DNA from: Chloroflexota bacterium | Lineage (GTDB): Bacteria; Chloroflexota; Anaerolineae; Anaerolineales; UBA11579 | Length of the DNA stretch: 64,000 nucleotides | Direction of reading: 5' to 3' | Assembly (NCBI GenBank): GCA_018662365.1 | Contig: JABJGH010000031.1 | Coordinates: forward strand, 34,468 to 98,467 | In this document: positions 1 through 9,272 of the stretch, in pieces | Position numbering within the stretch: the first letter of the stretch is position 1 | How the letters are laid out: each line of letters begins with the position of its first letter | Notes under the pieces: generated by a model | Told to the model about the DNA's origin: nothing | The model's database searches: none | What the model saw: the letters and a program-made list of their open reading frames with translations, nothing else | Program-made: the position numbers and the translations under genes

Positions 1-681
1 TACGTGCAAGATAATTCAGGAAATAACAACCGCTGCGCACAATGCCATGCCCCCACAAATTGGATGCCAAGCATGGATGAGATGCCCGAGAGTTGTTTCT
101 CGTGCAAATTTGAAATTAATGATCCCGACCCTTACATTTCAGAGGAGGATTGGGCGCATATTCCTTGCAGAACATGTCATAAATTAGATAAAAAGGATAA
201 TGTGCTCCCTGAGATCTTTTGGTTAGAGATTGCGCAGATCGATGAATATGCTAGTGTAGCAACAACAGATGAGCTATGCCAAAAATGTCATATTTCTACC
301 AATAAATTCGTGGGGCATCCGGGAACAATTGTTGGGGGGGCACATGAGGAATATCAATGTGTAGGTTGCCATGATGCCCATTCAAACACCGCCTCATGCG
401 GGGCAACTGAATGCCATGATCTAAATGTTGCGGCTGATCCCCCAATTGAAGGACATGACGAAGATCATCAGAATGTTTCTTGTGCTGCGTGCCATGACAG
501 TGGTGATTATGAAGTTGGACCGATGGATGAAGGTCAATGGATCACCTACATTACTGATTCAGAAAATATGGATGAGCTATATCCGTTTACTTCTCATAAT
601 ATTGTTTTAGAAGTTGTTTGTGATCGATGCCATTTCCCGGACAATCCCTGGGGATTATCCGGCGAAATCGTTCAAGAATAA
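1..681 (+). CDS. Multiheme c-type cytochrome, probably 5'-partial
   Basis: Six CxxCH motifs (CAQCH, CRTCH, CQKCH, CVGCH, CAACH, CDRCH) plus CFSCK and CGATECH. The frame is open to base 1 (TAC before GTG at 4) and no signal peptide is visible. Confidence 0.85.
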   Translation, partial: YVQDNSGNNNRCAQCHAPTNWMPSMDEMPESCFSCKFEINDPDPYISEEDWAHIPCRTCHKLDKKDNVLPEIFWLEIAQIDEYASVATTDELCQKCHISTNKFVGHPGTIVGGAHEEYQCVGCHDAHSNTASCGATECHDLNVAADPPIEGHDEDHQNVSCAACHDSGDYEVGPMDEGQWITYITDSENMDELYPFTSHNIVLEVVCDRCHFPDNPWGLSGEIVQE

Positions 682-709
682 AAAGATCAAATAATAAGGA
701 GTTCAAATT

Positions 710-1399
710 ATGAATGAAAAATCAGCTAGAACCTGGAAGATCGTTGCGATTGTATTCATGGGGCTCACTACAGCCATGAACCTCCTTGGAGGCGTAGGCA
801 CGATATGTGCGGCCTTCCTCACCAAACAATATCCTCCAATGTGGGTTTTCATGGATTACCAATGGTTATATCAACCTCTAATGATTCTCACCATTCTGAT
901 CGGTATTGCAGGGGTATGGTCTACGATCCAATTGATCAAGGGTGGAAAAAATGTATTTCGCAACGTGATGATCATTCTGATCGTTGGCACAATATTGGGC
1001 GGCACTCAATACTTTGCATCCTTGGCAATTCGAGGCAAAGGAGTCCCTGCTAATGTGAAGTTTTATGCAAATCTCGCTACATTATTGTTATTCTTGGTTT
1101 TGAATTCTCCCCTTTTCAAAACGAAAATGGATTTTTCAAAGCCGATTAAAAAATCAGATAAGACAATGGCGGGGGGCATGGCTGCCTTTATTTCTGGACT
1201 CATAATTCTCTCTGTGTTTATATGGGCAGGTCCCTCACATACCTACCAGGGAGACAATTGGGTAGAAGTATTCTTGATCCCCATTCTAGTCAATGGCACC
1301 TTCCTAACAGTGGGCGGGTTGATTGCCTTGACCAAAAGTTTTATTCAAATTAAAAAAGAAGATCAAATGAGGGTAACTTCTTCCTCATCTGATGGATAG
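710..1399 (+). CDS. Hypothetical integral membrane protein (about 6 TM)
   Basis: 229-aa ORF with several hydrophobic segments. RBS GGAG upstream; follows the multiheme gene by 28 bp. Confidence 0.7.
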   Translation: MNEKSARTWKIVAIVFMGLTTAMNLLGGVGTICAAFLTKQYPPMWVFMDYQWLYQPLMILTILIGIAGVWSTIQLIKGGKNVFRNVMIILIVGTILGGTQYFASLAIRGKGVPANVKFYANLATLLLFLVLNSPLFKTKMDFSKPIKKSDKTMAGGMAAFISGLIILSVFIWAGPSHTYQGDNWVEVFLIPILVNGTFLTVGGLIALTKSFIQIKKEDQMRVTSSSSDG

Positions 1400-1416
1400 T
1401 GGTTAGGATCTGTTCC

Positions 1417-1456
1417 AAAAAGAGGTCTTATGGCGAAAGCTATAAGACCTCTTTTT
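1417..1456 (+). terminator. Intrinsic terminator
   Basis: AAAAAGAGGTCTTATGGC-GAAA-GCTATAAGACCTCTTTTT hairpin just after the stop at 1399. Confidence 0.85.
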
Positions 1457-1462
1457 GTATTA

Positions 1463-1500
1463 GAAAAAGCCTCCCCATCGAAGTTAATCAATGAGGAGGC
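1463..1500 (-). terminator. Intrinsic terminator for ctaB
   Basis: On the minus strand, GCCTCCTCAT...ATGGGGAGGC followed by TTTTT, downstream of the ctaB stop. Confidence 0.6.
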
Positions 1501-1557
1501 TGGGAAAGGGGAGGAGAATGGAAGAGATTGAAAAAATCCTCTTCCAAACCTCTCTTT

Positions 1558-2457
1558 TTAATTAAGCAGCAATGAAGTAAAAATTAGCATTGACCCAAGC
1601 ATATAAATCGAAGCGAATTTAAACAATCTGAAGTTGAGCTTTTCAGAGGGGTAGATCAAGCAACCAAGGGATAATCCAAACAATCCTACAGATAATAAGG
1701 TAAATAACCATAAAAATCCATTTGTAAGCCCAAGCCCGAGAGTGGCAATTGCCATTGAGGTAATGGATAATACTGAGGAAAAGGCAATAATCCTTTGGGT
1801 AGTTCTCGCTCCATACTTTGTAGGGAAGATTGGAATGCCGACACTATCATAATCTTTTTGATACCTAAGGGTAAATGTCATCATATGGGTTGGAATCCAA
1901 AAAAGAATCGCAAAAGCTAGCAATATGCCCACCCAATCGATATACCCAAGGCCAAGAGCGCGACCGGCCAAGACAGGCATTCCCCCAGAGATGCCTCCCC
2001 ATATAATTGACCATACAGAGGTTCTCTTTAACCACATCGTGTAGACGATGACATCGAAAAACAAACCACCAAGGACTATCAGCCCAAAAAGTTTATTTAG
2101 GGAAAATGCCCATGCAACTCCTGCAAATGAAAATAGAATACCAGTAGCCAAGGCTTTATTCGGAGTGATTTGTTTGCTGGGCAAAGGGCGCCAACAGGTT
2201 CTTTTCATTTCAGCATCGATGTCTCGGTCGAACCACATGTTCAGAATCGTACTTCCACTGATCGCTAGAAACAAACTGCCAGAAAGACTAAAAATATTAG
2301 ACCAATTAAAAGTGGTGGATTTAGCGCTGATATAGCCCGCAATGCCTGTAATCAATAACAGAAATGTTTGCAAGCTTTTTATTAGGGACCAATAATGCTT
2401 AATTGAAGTCCCAATTTGTTTTAGCTTCCCGATAGAGCCGACCATAAGTTTAGTCAT
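1558..2457 (-). CDS. ctaB: Protoheme IX farnesyltransferase (heme O synthase)
   Basis: UbiA-family motifs NMWFDRDIDAEMKRTCWRPLPS, YTMWLKR, GGISGGMPVLAG, FWIPTH, YQKDY. Confidence 0.9.
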   Translation of the reverse strand: MTKLMVGSIGKLKQIGTSIKHYWSLIKSLQTFLLLITGIAGYISAKSTTFNWSNIFSLSGSLFLAISGSTILNMWFDRDIDAEMKRTCWRPLPSKQITPNKALATGILFSFAGVAWAFSLNKLFGLIVLGGLFFDVIVYTMWLKRTSVWSIIWGGISGGMPVLAGRALGLGYIDWVGILLAFAILFWIPTHMMTFTLRYQKDYDSVGIPIFPTKYGARTTQRIIAFSSVLSITSMAIATLGLGLTNGFLWLFTLLSVGLFGLSLGCLIYPSEKLNFRLFKFASIYMLGSMLIFTSLLLN

Positions 2458-2490
2458 TAACTATCCTTTGAAACAAAAACTCCAAATTAT

Positions 2491-3396
2491 CTAATCTCTT
2501 ACGCATCTAAACCCGGTACTTGGGCCGAAATAGTCTGGCTCAGCGTTATTGGTTCCCCAAATTCGAAGATCGTAGGAATAGTTTGCTTTACTTCCTCCAT
2601 GCATATATCGATAGTGCTGATCCTCATATACATTTCCAACCCACTCTTCCACGTTTCCGGCCATATCATAAAGACCATATGGGCTGGCAGAATCCACTGT
2701 CCCAAACCCCATGTAAGTGGTCCCATTGTAGAAACCGACAGGGGAGGTATCTCCCATTTTTCCTATATATTCTTCGAATGGATCTCTACTAGCGTAATAA
2801 TTCGCATTTTCTGGGCCGACCTCATTTCCCCATGGGAACGCTCTTCCATCTGTTCCACGGCCAGCTTTTTCCCATTCATAATCTGAGGGTAAACGAGCAT
2901 CATTGTATTCACAATAGGCTTGGGCACCAAACCAAGTGACCAAGACAACGGGGTGATTCTCGTAACCAGATTTCACGGTGAACTGATCCCCATCAAAGGT
3001 GTATCTGAGGCCTTCATTGCTCAAGTCAACATGCAGCCAGTCTCCGGCAGTGATTTCCACTTCATGTCGGTATTCTCGAAATATATCACCGGGGTAATAT
3101 CCAAAAATTTGTTCATCAACTATCTTTATTGCTCCTTCAGCAAGAGCTTGGTTAAGATACTTTACGAATTGTTCATTGGTCACATTGGTGATCATGATGT
3201 CATATTCATAATCAAGGAGAACTTCTTTATTGAACTGCCCTTGCAAAAACTCTCCAGCGGGAATGGTCGCCCATTGATTTGGATCAATTCCAGGATCCAC
3301 GAGGAGGGGAGGGCCCGCCTCAGTGGAGGGGGAGCCGCAACTTACTAATAAAAGGATTAAACCGATCAATGTGAGGAGTGATTTTTGGGTTCTCAT
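2491..3396 (-). CDS. FGE/SUMF1-fold lipoprotein (NirV-like), lacking the FGE catalytic cysteines
   Basis: Lipobox LVSC; motifs HPVVLVTWFGAQAYC, RLPSDYEWEKAGRG, FPWGN, GLYDMAGNVEEW, GFRC. No CxxxxC after the GGS motif. Confidence 0.85.
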   Translation of the reverse strand: MRTQKSLLTLIGLILLLVSCGSPSTEAGPPLLVDPGIDPNQWATIPAGEFLQGQFNKEVLLDYEYDIMITNVTNEQFVKYLNQALAEGAIKIVDEQIFGYYPGDIFREYRHEVEITAGDWLHVDLSNEGLRYTFDGDQFTVKSGYENHPVVLVTWFGAQAYCEYNDARLPSDYEWEKAGRGTDGRAFPWGNEVGPENANYYASRDPFEEYIGKMGDTSPVGFYNGTTYMGFGTVDSASPYGLYDMAGNVEEWVGNVYEDQHYRYMHGGSKANYSYDLRIWGTNNAEPDYFGPSTGFRCVRD

Positions 3397-4868
3397 TGTT
3401 TCACCTCTTGTTTGATTTCTTCAAGTTCTCTTGACCACTGCCCTCTTTTTTTGAATAAGTCGAATAGCCGCCAAGCCATAAAGCTGCCTAAGGCTACTAA
3501 CAGCGTTCCTAATCCTATTTCAATTAAGATCATGATCGTATCCACCAAGGGTTGCTGAGCTGCTTCGCTGATGAAAAGGCGTTTCATGAAGAAAACAACC
3601 GCCGCACCGAAGGCTAGATTGGAAAAAATGATCACTATCCAACCAAACCATTTCCTCGTTTTTCCCTTTAATCCGTAGAGGTCGGCGATATAAAAGAGGA
3701 GAATCGTCGCAATTATTGTGGCTAGAATATGCCAATGTCCGGCTAGCTCAATTCGTTCTTCTCTAGCGGGCCATTTTCGGATGACCTCATCCAATTTCAC
3801 GGCAAAGAAAATGCCGATGAAGGAGGTGGTGAAATTCATGAAAAGCATTTGCCAGGTTGCACCAAATTTTAGGGGGTCGTGGAGCAAAGCTTTAATTTTT
3901 TGGAAGAAATTAGGTTTTTCTATTCCTTGTTCTGCAATCCTATCTTTGATCAATTGCCCCCATGAGAATATCAGCAAGAATAGGCCAACCAGCAAGATCA
4001 GGGTAGACCCTCCGTAGATGATCATATGAGCGATGAATTGGAAGGGGACAACCATCCAAACCCCAAAGGTGATGATAATGGTGCCAATAATCATTAGGGG
4101 CATTGAAATTTTATGCAATATTCCTCGGAAATTAACCCATTTGCCGACGATTAGGGCACAAGCAATGGCGATTTGTGTGAGCATGATATGCAAATGGCCG
4201 ATAACAGCAAGATCGAGGACATTTTTATTCGGCATTCTGATCGTATTTTCTGCCAGAAATGTTTCAAATCCATTTCCGGTGAGGGAGCCAGGAATTGCCC
4301 CAAACAACACTGACCCGAGAGTGCCCATCGCCATCACGAAAAATGCTACTCTTTCGAGGTCTAACCCTTTTTTGGTTCGAGAATGCTCTTTACTATCGAT
4401 ATAATATTCTTTTTTCCACGGCCACAGGGCGATGGCAAATAATATTCCACCAAAATACATCAGACATTCCCCAAATATAAAGAGCCCATGAAATACGTAA
4501 TTATGTCCAAAATATGCAAACCATAGACCAAAGATCATGGCAAACAAGTACCCAACCGTCACTGTTGCATTGATCGAGCTTCTTTGGCTATCCTTCATTT
4601 TGAGCATTGAGTTTATGATGTAAACTTCGATGGCAATGACCGCATTTGCGATGACATGGTAAAGGATGATGATCCGACCTTCACGTTCAGCCGGTTCTAA
4701 GCTCATTTTTAGGCTTTTGATGATCACATCGCTGATCCCCAACTCAGCCATTGGCCCCGATAACATCCCGAAAATAGCAGAAACGATCGATATCATCGCC
4801 ACAGCCACTAAAATTAAACCCTTTGTAGATAGGAAAAGGAATTTGAATCGTTTTGAAAACTGTTGCAT
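3393..4868 (-). CDS. Unassigned 12-TM His-rich membrane protein with heme-copper oxidase subunit I-like repeat pattern
   Basis: About 12 hydrophobic helices. His at the start of TM2 (LYH71), TM6 (GH225LH227) and TM10 (GH378WH380); extra His in TM4 and TM8. Function unknown. Confidence 0.7.
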   Translation of the reverse strand: MQQFSKRFKFLFLSTKGLILVAVAMISIVSAIFGMLSGPMAELGISDVIIKSLKMSLEPAEREGRIIILYHVIANAVIAIEVYIINSMLKMKDSQRSSINATVTVGYLFAMIFGLWFAYFGHNYVFHGLFIFGECLMYFGGILFAIALWPWKKEYYIDSKEHSRTKKGLDLERVAFFVMAMGTLGSVLFGAIPGSLTGNGFETFLAENTIRMPNKNVLDLAVIGHLHIMLTQIAIACALIVGKWVNFRGILHKISMPLMIIGTIIITFGVWMVVPFQFIAHMIIYGGSTLILLVGLFLLIFSWGQLIKDRIAEQGIEKPNFFQKIKALLHDPLKFGATWQMLFMNFTTSFIGIFFAVKLDEVIRKWPAREERIELAGHWHILATIIATILLFYIADLYGLKGKTRKWFGWIVIIFSNLAFGAAVVFFMKRLFISEAAQQPLVDTIMILIEIGLGTLLVALGSFMAWRLFDLFKKRGQWSRELEEIKQEVKQ

Positions 4869-4965
4869 TGAATTCTCCTAAATCTTGATATTTAATAAAT
4901 TAAATGGAAAGGCGCATTTAATCAGCCTCTTTAGTATAAAATATCACAAATAGGCTAAATAAAAA

Positions 4966-4979
4966 TTGACTTAAGTTAA
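4966..4979. promoter_or_regulatory. Candidate Crp/Fnr-family box
   Basis: TTGAC-TTAA-GTTAA near-palindrome about 100 bp upstream of the 4868 start. A minus-strand TATACT (-10-like) lies at 4933-4938. Confidence 0.35.
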
Positions 4980-5048
4980 GTTAGGAATGAGATGTTATGG
5001 GAAAATAACCCCAAGATTATTGTAGAAATTTCTATGGAAATGTAACCC

Positions 5049-5792
5049 TTATGGGAGGGCAGGTTCGATTTCGATGAGGGTTAAACTATAGAGTTTTTCG
5101 GGCTGCAATATCTCGATCGTAACCCTGTCACTTTCTATTAATCCTTCTTCTCTGAAATCCCCTAAAATTCTGCTAATCACAACTGGTGAAGTTGAAATAT
5201 GGGCAGCCATTTGCTGAATAGATTGATGTTTTCTCTCAATTTTAATCTGTCCATTATCGCTGAGATTGAGTAATAATAATGCAACCCGCTCTCGCACCGG
5301 GCGAAATGAAAGATCAGAATATTTTGAAACCAATTCTCGGTTTCTCTTGGCTAAAATGGGGAGCAAACCAAGGCCCATTTCAGGAAAACAACGAAGTCCT
5401 TCTTGGAATTCACAGGGATTTGCTCGCCAAACAGTACAGTTTTTAAAGGCTATCGCTGTATCAGGATTTACCCCTCCGTCGATCGCAGCAATTTCATTAA
5501 ACATGATCACAGGCTTGATGATCGCCATGATATTTTCTTGACCTTCAGGCCCCATTTTATAGAGGTGAACCTCACCTTTTAGCAATACACAAAGGCCAAA
5601 ATTTGGATCTTCTTCGTAAAAAATTGTTTTCCCTACCGGATAGCGTTTAATTGCCCCAGCTTGCACGATTTTTAATAGATCTCTTTCCGAATAATTCGAA
5701 AAGGGAATAATTCGTTTCATTTTTTGAACAAGGCCAGAAAATTCAAACACTTGATGGCTCCAAATGATTATTTGTGAGAGTAAATCCATCAT
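5049..5792 (-). CDS. Crp/Fnr-family transcription regulator (DNR/NnrR-like)
   Basis: cNMP-binding-like N-domain (GKTIFYEED, GEVHLYK, FNEIAAIDG), C-helix RPVRERVALLL, HTH ending VISR. No FNR-type N-terminal Cys cluster. Confidence 0.9.
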   Translation of the reverse strand: MMDLLSQIIIWSHQVFEFSGLVQKMKRIIPFSNYSERDLLKIVQAGAIKRYPVGKTIFYEEDPNFGLCVLLKGEVHLYKMGPEGQENIMAIIKPVIMFNEIAAIDGGVNPDTAIAFKNCTVWRANPCEFQEGLRCFPEMGLGLLPILAKRNRELVSKYSDLSFRPVRERVALLLLNLSDNGQIKIERKHQSIQQMAAHISTSPVVISRILGDFREEGLIESDRVTIEILQPEKLYSLTLIEIEPALP

Positions 5793-5895
5793 AGCACGGA
5801 TATTACCTGGTAATCAATGGGTGCTTATGGGTATTTCACCCCATTTATCCAATATATTTCGCCTCCTAAATCGCCTCAATATGAAGTAAAATCAT

Positions 5896-6345
5896 GTGAT
5901 GAATTTCAAACCGAGATTACCAAAGATTTGGCTTCATATCGTTGCTGGAACAATGTGGATTTGGGTGGGGTTATATTTAATCTCCCTCACAGTTGATTGG
6001 ATAAGCCCGGAAATTAATTTAATATCGTTTTTAATAATTTTTGCTGGGATCATATTGGCAAGCGCAATCTATTTTTTTGGATTTTCTAAGGTGGCTATAA
6101 AAAATATTAAACGAATTGATTTAATTGTGAGTGAAAGACCCTGCATATTTGCATTTCAAGAATGGAAAAGTTATCCACTGGTTGCTGTGATGATCTCAAT
6201 GGGTATCTATCTTCGGAAGTATTCCCTTTTTCCAAAATCTTTATTAGCGATTATGTATATCGGCATTGGTGGGGGTTTATTTCTTTCCGGTTTCAAATAT
6301 TTCCAAAAAATCATCCAAATTCGAAATGAAAAACCCTTGTTTTAG
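5896..6345 (+). CDS. Hypothetical membrane protein (about 4 TM)
   Basis: 149-aa hydrophobic ORF divergent from the Crp/Fnr gene. Confidence 0.65.
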   Translation: MMNFKPRLPKIWLHIVAGTMWIWVGLYLISLTVDWISPEINLISFLIIFAGIILASAIYFFGFSKVAIKNIKRIDLIVSERPCIFAFQEWKSYPLVAVMISMGIYLRKYSLFPKSLLAIMYIGIGGGLFLSGFKYFQKIIQIRNEKPLF

Positions 6346-6568
6346 GGTCATATAATTTCTGATATCAGTAAAAAACAGAAAAAGTTTAGCGGGTTAAGAT
6401 TTATTTGCACCATTGGGAAAAAATTGCTGATATGCCATTTTCAAAGATCCCAATATAGGTAGAATTGATTCTATCCTTCACATTTTTTGCTTCCTAGAGT
6501 AATATTGAAATGTTGTACCCACAAAGGATAAATTTCCTCTGTGTAGGTTTTCCCCTTACAGAAATTTT

Positions 6569-8473
6569 ATGAAAAAATTATTTACTATCAAAGGTCGTAT
6601 TTCCTTACTTTTAGGTTCATTCTTTCTACTGGTGATCGTGTCAGTAGGGGTAATGTTTTGGAGTGTACGAACCCAAAATAGTGATGCATTGATTATTAAT
6701 TTAGCGGGTCGCCAAAGGATGCTTTCTCAAAAGTTAACCTGGTTAGCGACCACAGATCCAAGCAACCCTGAATTTCAAAGCTCAAAAGAATTATTTGATC
6801 AAAGCCTTTCTGCCTTACAGTTTGGTGGTGATGCAATAGATTCCGCGGGAAATAATGTTGTTCTTCCTGCTCCTCCCGATGATGAAATTCAGGGGCTTTT
6901 GGAAGATGTCTCTCAATCTTGGGTGAGTTTCCAATTGGTATTGCAAAAACCAGATGAGTTTTTAATTGCTCAGGAATCATCCGTAATCCTGGATCAATTA
7001 GATCTTATTGTGACAGCTTTTGAGCTTCGAGCTGAGGAAAAAATCTTACGATTAGAAATAATCCAAATTTCGTTTTTAATTGCCGCAATTTTACTATTGA
7101 CATGGGGATTTATCATCACTCAAGAAAGAATTATCAAACCGTTGTCTGTTCTTAATACTGGCGTAGAAAAAATGGCAGATGGGGATTTACAATGGCAAAT
7201 TCCAACCTTTAAAAAGGATGAACTGGGGGATCTAGCGAAAGCTTTTGAAACGATGCGATCGGAATTGGAAATATCGCGAGGGTATTTAGAAACTCAAGTA
7301 ACCCAACGTACCCGCGAACTTGTATCAGCGTTTGAGTTTAGCCAGGAGATCGTGGCTGAACGAGAGCAAAAGGAATTAATCAGTTCGGTGGTAGAACGAG
7401 CGAGATTATTAATGAATGCTGAATCTGCGGCCCTATGCATTTTATCTCCGGGGGAAAAAGAATTAGAAATGGTTGCTAATAGCGGAAAAACAAAAATTGC
7501 AATCGGTTCGAGAAAAGAGGTAAAACCAGAATTAATATTATCTGTTGTGGGAGATGGGAAAACGGTTAGTGAGAAGACAGGGTGTATTGATTGTGCTTTT
7601 TTGGATGAAAATCCCGATGGACAATGTGTGATCACGCCATTAAGGTCGATGGATCGCACAATAGGTGCGTTATGCGTGCTTCGTACTGATGAAGACCAAA
7701 ATACCGATATTGAATCCTTTGACCCTGATGGGCAGCGGGCGTTGGCTTTATTAGCAAACTCGGCAGCGGTGGCGATCACAAATACCCGCCTGGCAAAAAT
7801 TGAACATCAAAAAGTGGAGCAAGAGGCAGCACTTGCAGAAAGAGAACAACTGGCTGCAAATTTGCATGATGATCTTGCCCAAACTCTAAGTTTTTCAAGA
7901 TTGAAATTAGAACAATTAGAAGAACTGATCGCAGAAACACCAGTCGAAGAAGACCTTACTCACATTGATGAGATCAAAGATGCAATCGATTCAGCTTATC
8001 AGCAGGTGAGAAACGCTCTCACTGGGTTGTTGGTCCCAAATCCAGTGGAGGATGATTTTTATAAAAGCCTATCGGCAAGTGTGGCAGAATTTAATCTGGA
8101 TCAAAAATGTCAGGCGGAACTGGAAATCATTAATCCTTCAGCCCTTGAATTCCCCTCTGAAATTCAAATACAAATACATCATGTCCTCCGAGAAGCGCTT
8201 TCCAATATTCAAAGACATGCAGATGCGTCGAAAGTAATGATCAAAGTGGAAAAGATTAATGGCATGGCTATGTACACTGTTGAAGATGATGGGAAAGGAT
8301 TTGATCCCCAGGCGCCCAATGGCCACAATCATTTTGGGTTGCAAATCATGCAAACTCGAACAGAACGATCAGGCGGGGTATTTGAAATCCAATCTGCCCT
8401 GGGTAATGGTACGATGATCCTATTGTCCTTCCCCTTGGAGCTGAGAAAAAGGTTTATTAGGCAAACAATATGA
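6569..8473 (+). CDS. narX: Nitrate/nitrite sensor histidine kinase, NarX/NarQ type
   Basis: P-box INLAGRQRMLSQK, 2 TM, HAMP (DELGDLAKAF), GAF, HisKA_3 (LHDDLAQ) and HATPase (REALSNIQRHA, DDGKGF). Confidence 0.9.
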   Translation: MKKLFTIKGRISLLLGSFFLLVIVSVGVMFWSVRTQNSDALIINLAGRQRMLSQKLTWLATTDPSNPEFQSSKELFDQSLSALQFGGDAIDSAGNNVVLPAPPDDEIQGLLEDVSQSWVSFQLVLQKPDEFLIAQESSVILDQLDLIVTAFELRAEEKILRLEIIQISFLIAAILLLTWGFIITQERIIKPLSVLNTGVEKMADGDLQWQIPTFKKDELGDLAKAFETMRSELEISRGYLETQVTQRTRELVSAFEFSQEIVAEREQKELISSVVERARLLMNAESAALCILSPGEKELEMVANSGKTKIAIGSRKEVKPELILSVVGDGKTVSEKTGCIDCAFLDENPDGQCVITPLRSMDRTIGALCVLRTDEDQNTDIESFDPDGQRALALLANSAAVAITNTRLAKIEHQKVEQEAALAEREQLAANLHDDLAQTLSFSRLKLEQLEELIAETPVEEDLTHIDEIKDAIDSAYQQVRNALTGLLVPNPVEDDFYKSLSASVAEFNLDQKCQAELEIINPSALEFPSEIQIQIHHVLREALSNIQRHADASKVMIKVEKINGMAMYTVEDDGKGFDPQAPNGHNHFGLQIMQTRTERSGGVFEIQSALGNGTMILLSFPLELRKRFIRQTI

Positions 8474-9165
8474 AGATAGACGGAAATGCTGCTAGGATAT
8501 TATTAGTTGATGACCATGATTTATTTCGAGCAGGATTAAAAGAACTTATCAGTAGTCAGGCAGATTTTGAAGTGGTTGGGGAGGCGCGGGACGGTCTTGA
8601 GGCACTAAAATTAGCTCGAGATCTTAAACCTGATCTGATCATCATGGATATTCAAATGCCGATCTGTGACGGATTGGAAGCAACCCGATTGATCTGTACC
8701 CAACTCCCTGGGTCAAGAATTATTATGTTAACAGTCCGAGAAGAAGACGACAACCTTTTTTCTGCGATCAAGGCGGGTGCCTTAGGGTATTTGTTAAAGA
8801 GTACGGATAAAGCCAACTTTTTTATTGGCATGAGAGAAGTACTCGAGGGAAATGTGGCCCTACCACCGACCTTGGCAGCAAGGATGATCGATGAATTCGC
8901 ACGTTTGATGAATGATCCTCCCAAAAATGTAACCCCTGAAGAGATTCCCGATCTAACTGCAAGGGAATATCAAGTTTTAGAATTTGCTAGCACGGGTGCA
9001 GCAGATAAAGAGATCGCTGTTAAGTTATCCATAAGTATTTACACTGTGAAAAGCCATATGCGAAGTATTCTTGAAAAATTGCAAGTTTCCAATCGAAGGG
9101 AAGCGGCAAGATTAGCAGAAGAATACGGACTTTTGAAGAAAAACAAGAATAATTCAATAATTTAA
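8470..9165 (+). CDS. narL: NarL/FixJ-family response regulator
   Basis: REC domain (LVDDH, MDIQMP, KAGALGYLLK) plus LuxR HTH (LTAREYQVL, YTVKSH). Overlaps the narX stop. Confidence 0.9.
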   Translation: MKIDGNAARILLVDDHDLFRAGLKELISSQADFEVVGEARDGLEALKLARDLKPDLIIMDIQMPICDGLEATRLICTQLPGSRIIMLTVREEDDNLFSAIKAGALGYLLKSTDKANFFIGMREVLEGNVALPPTLAARMIDEFARLMNDPPKNVTPEEIPDLTAREYQVLEFASTGAADKEIAVKLSISIYTVKSHMRSILEKLQVSNRREAARLAEEYGLLKKNKNNSII

Positions 9166-9272
9166 GAACTAGTTCTTTTCGCTAAATTCTGGAAAAACGT
9201 TCATCCTTTTTTCATTCCTCCTTTTATAAACGACCAATATACACATTTTTCTATATTCTGTATGCTTAGACT

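Noticed and set aside
3393-4868. Calling the 12-TM protein a canonical cytochrome oxidase or qNOR/cNOR subunit
   Set aside because: There is no helix VII HH pair, no HPxVY or HLWVE motif and no subunit II gene, so only a fold-level resemblance is supportable.
6516-6531. NarL 7-2-7 site TACCCAC-AA-AGGATAA upstream of narX
   Set aside because: Three mismatches to the E. coli consensus in an AT-rich region; not distinguishable from chance.
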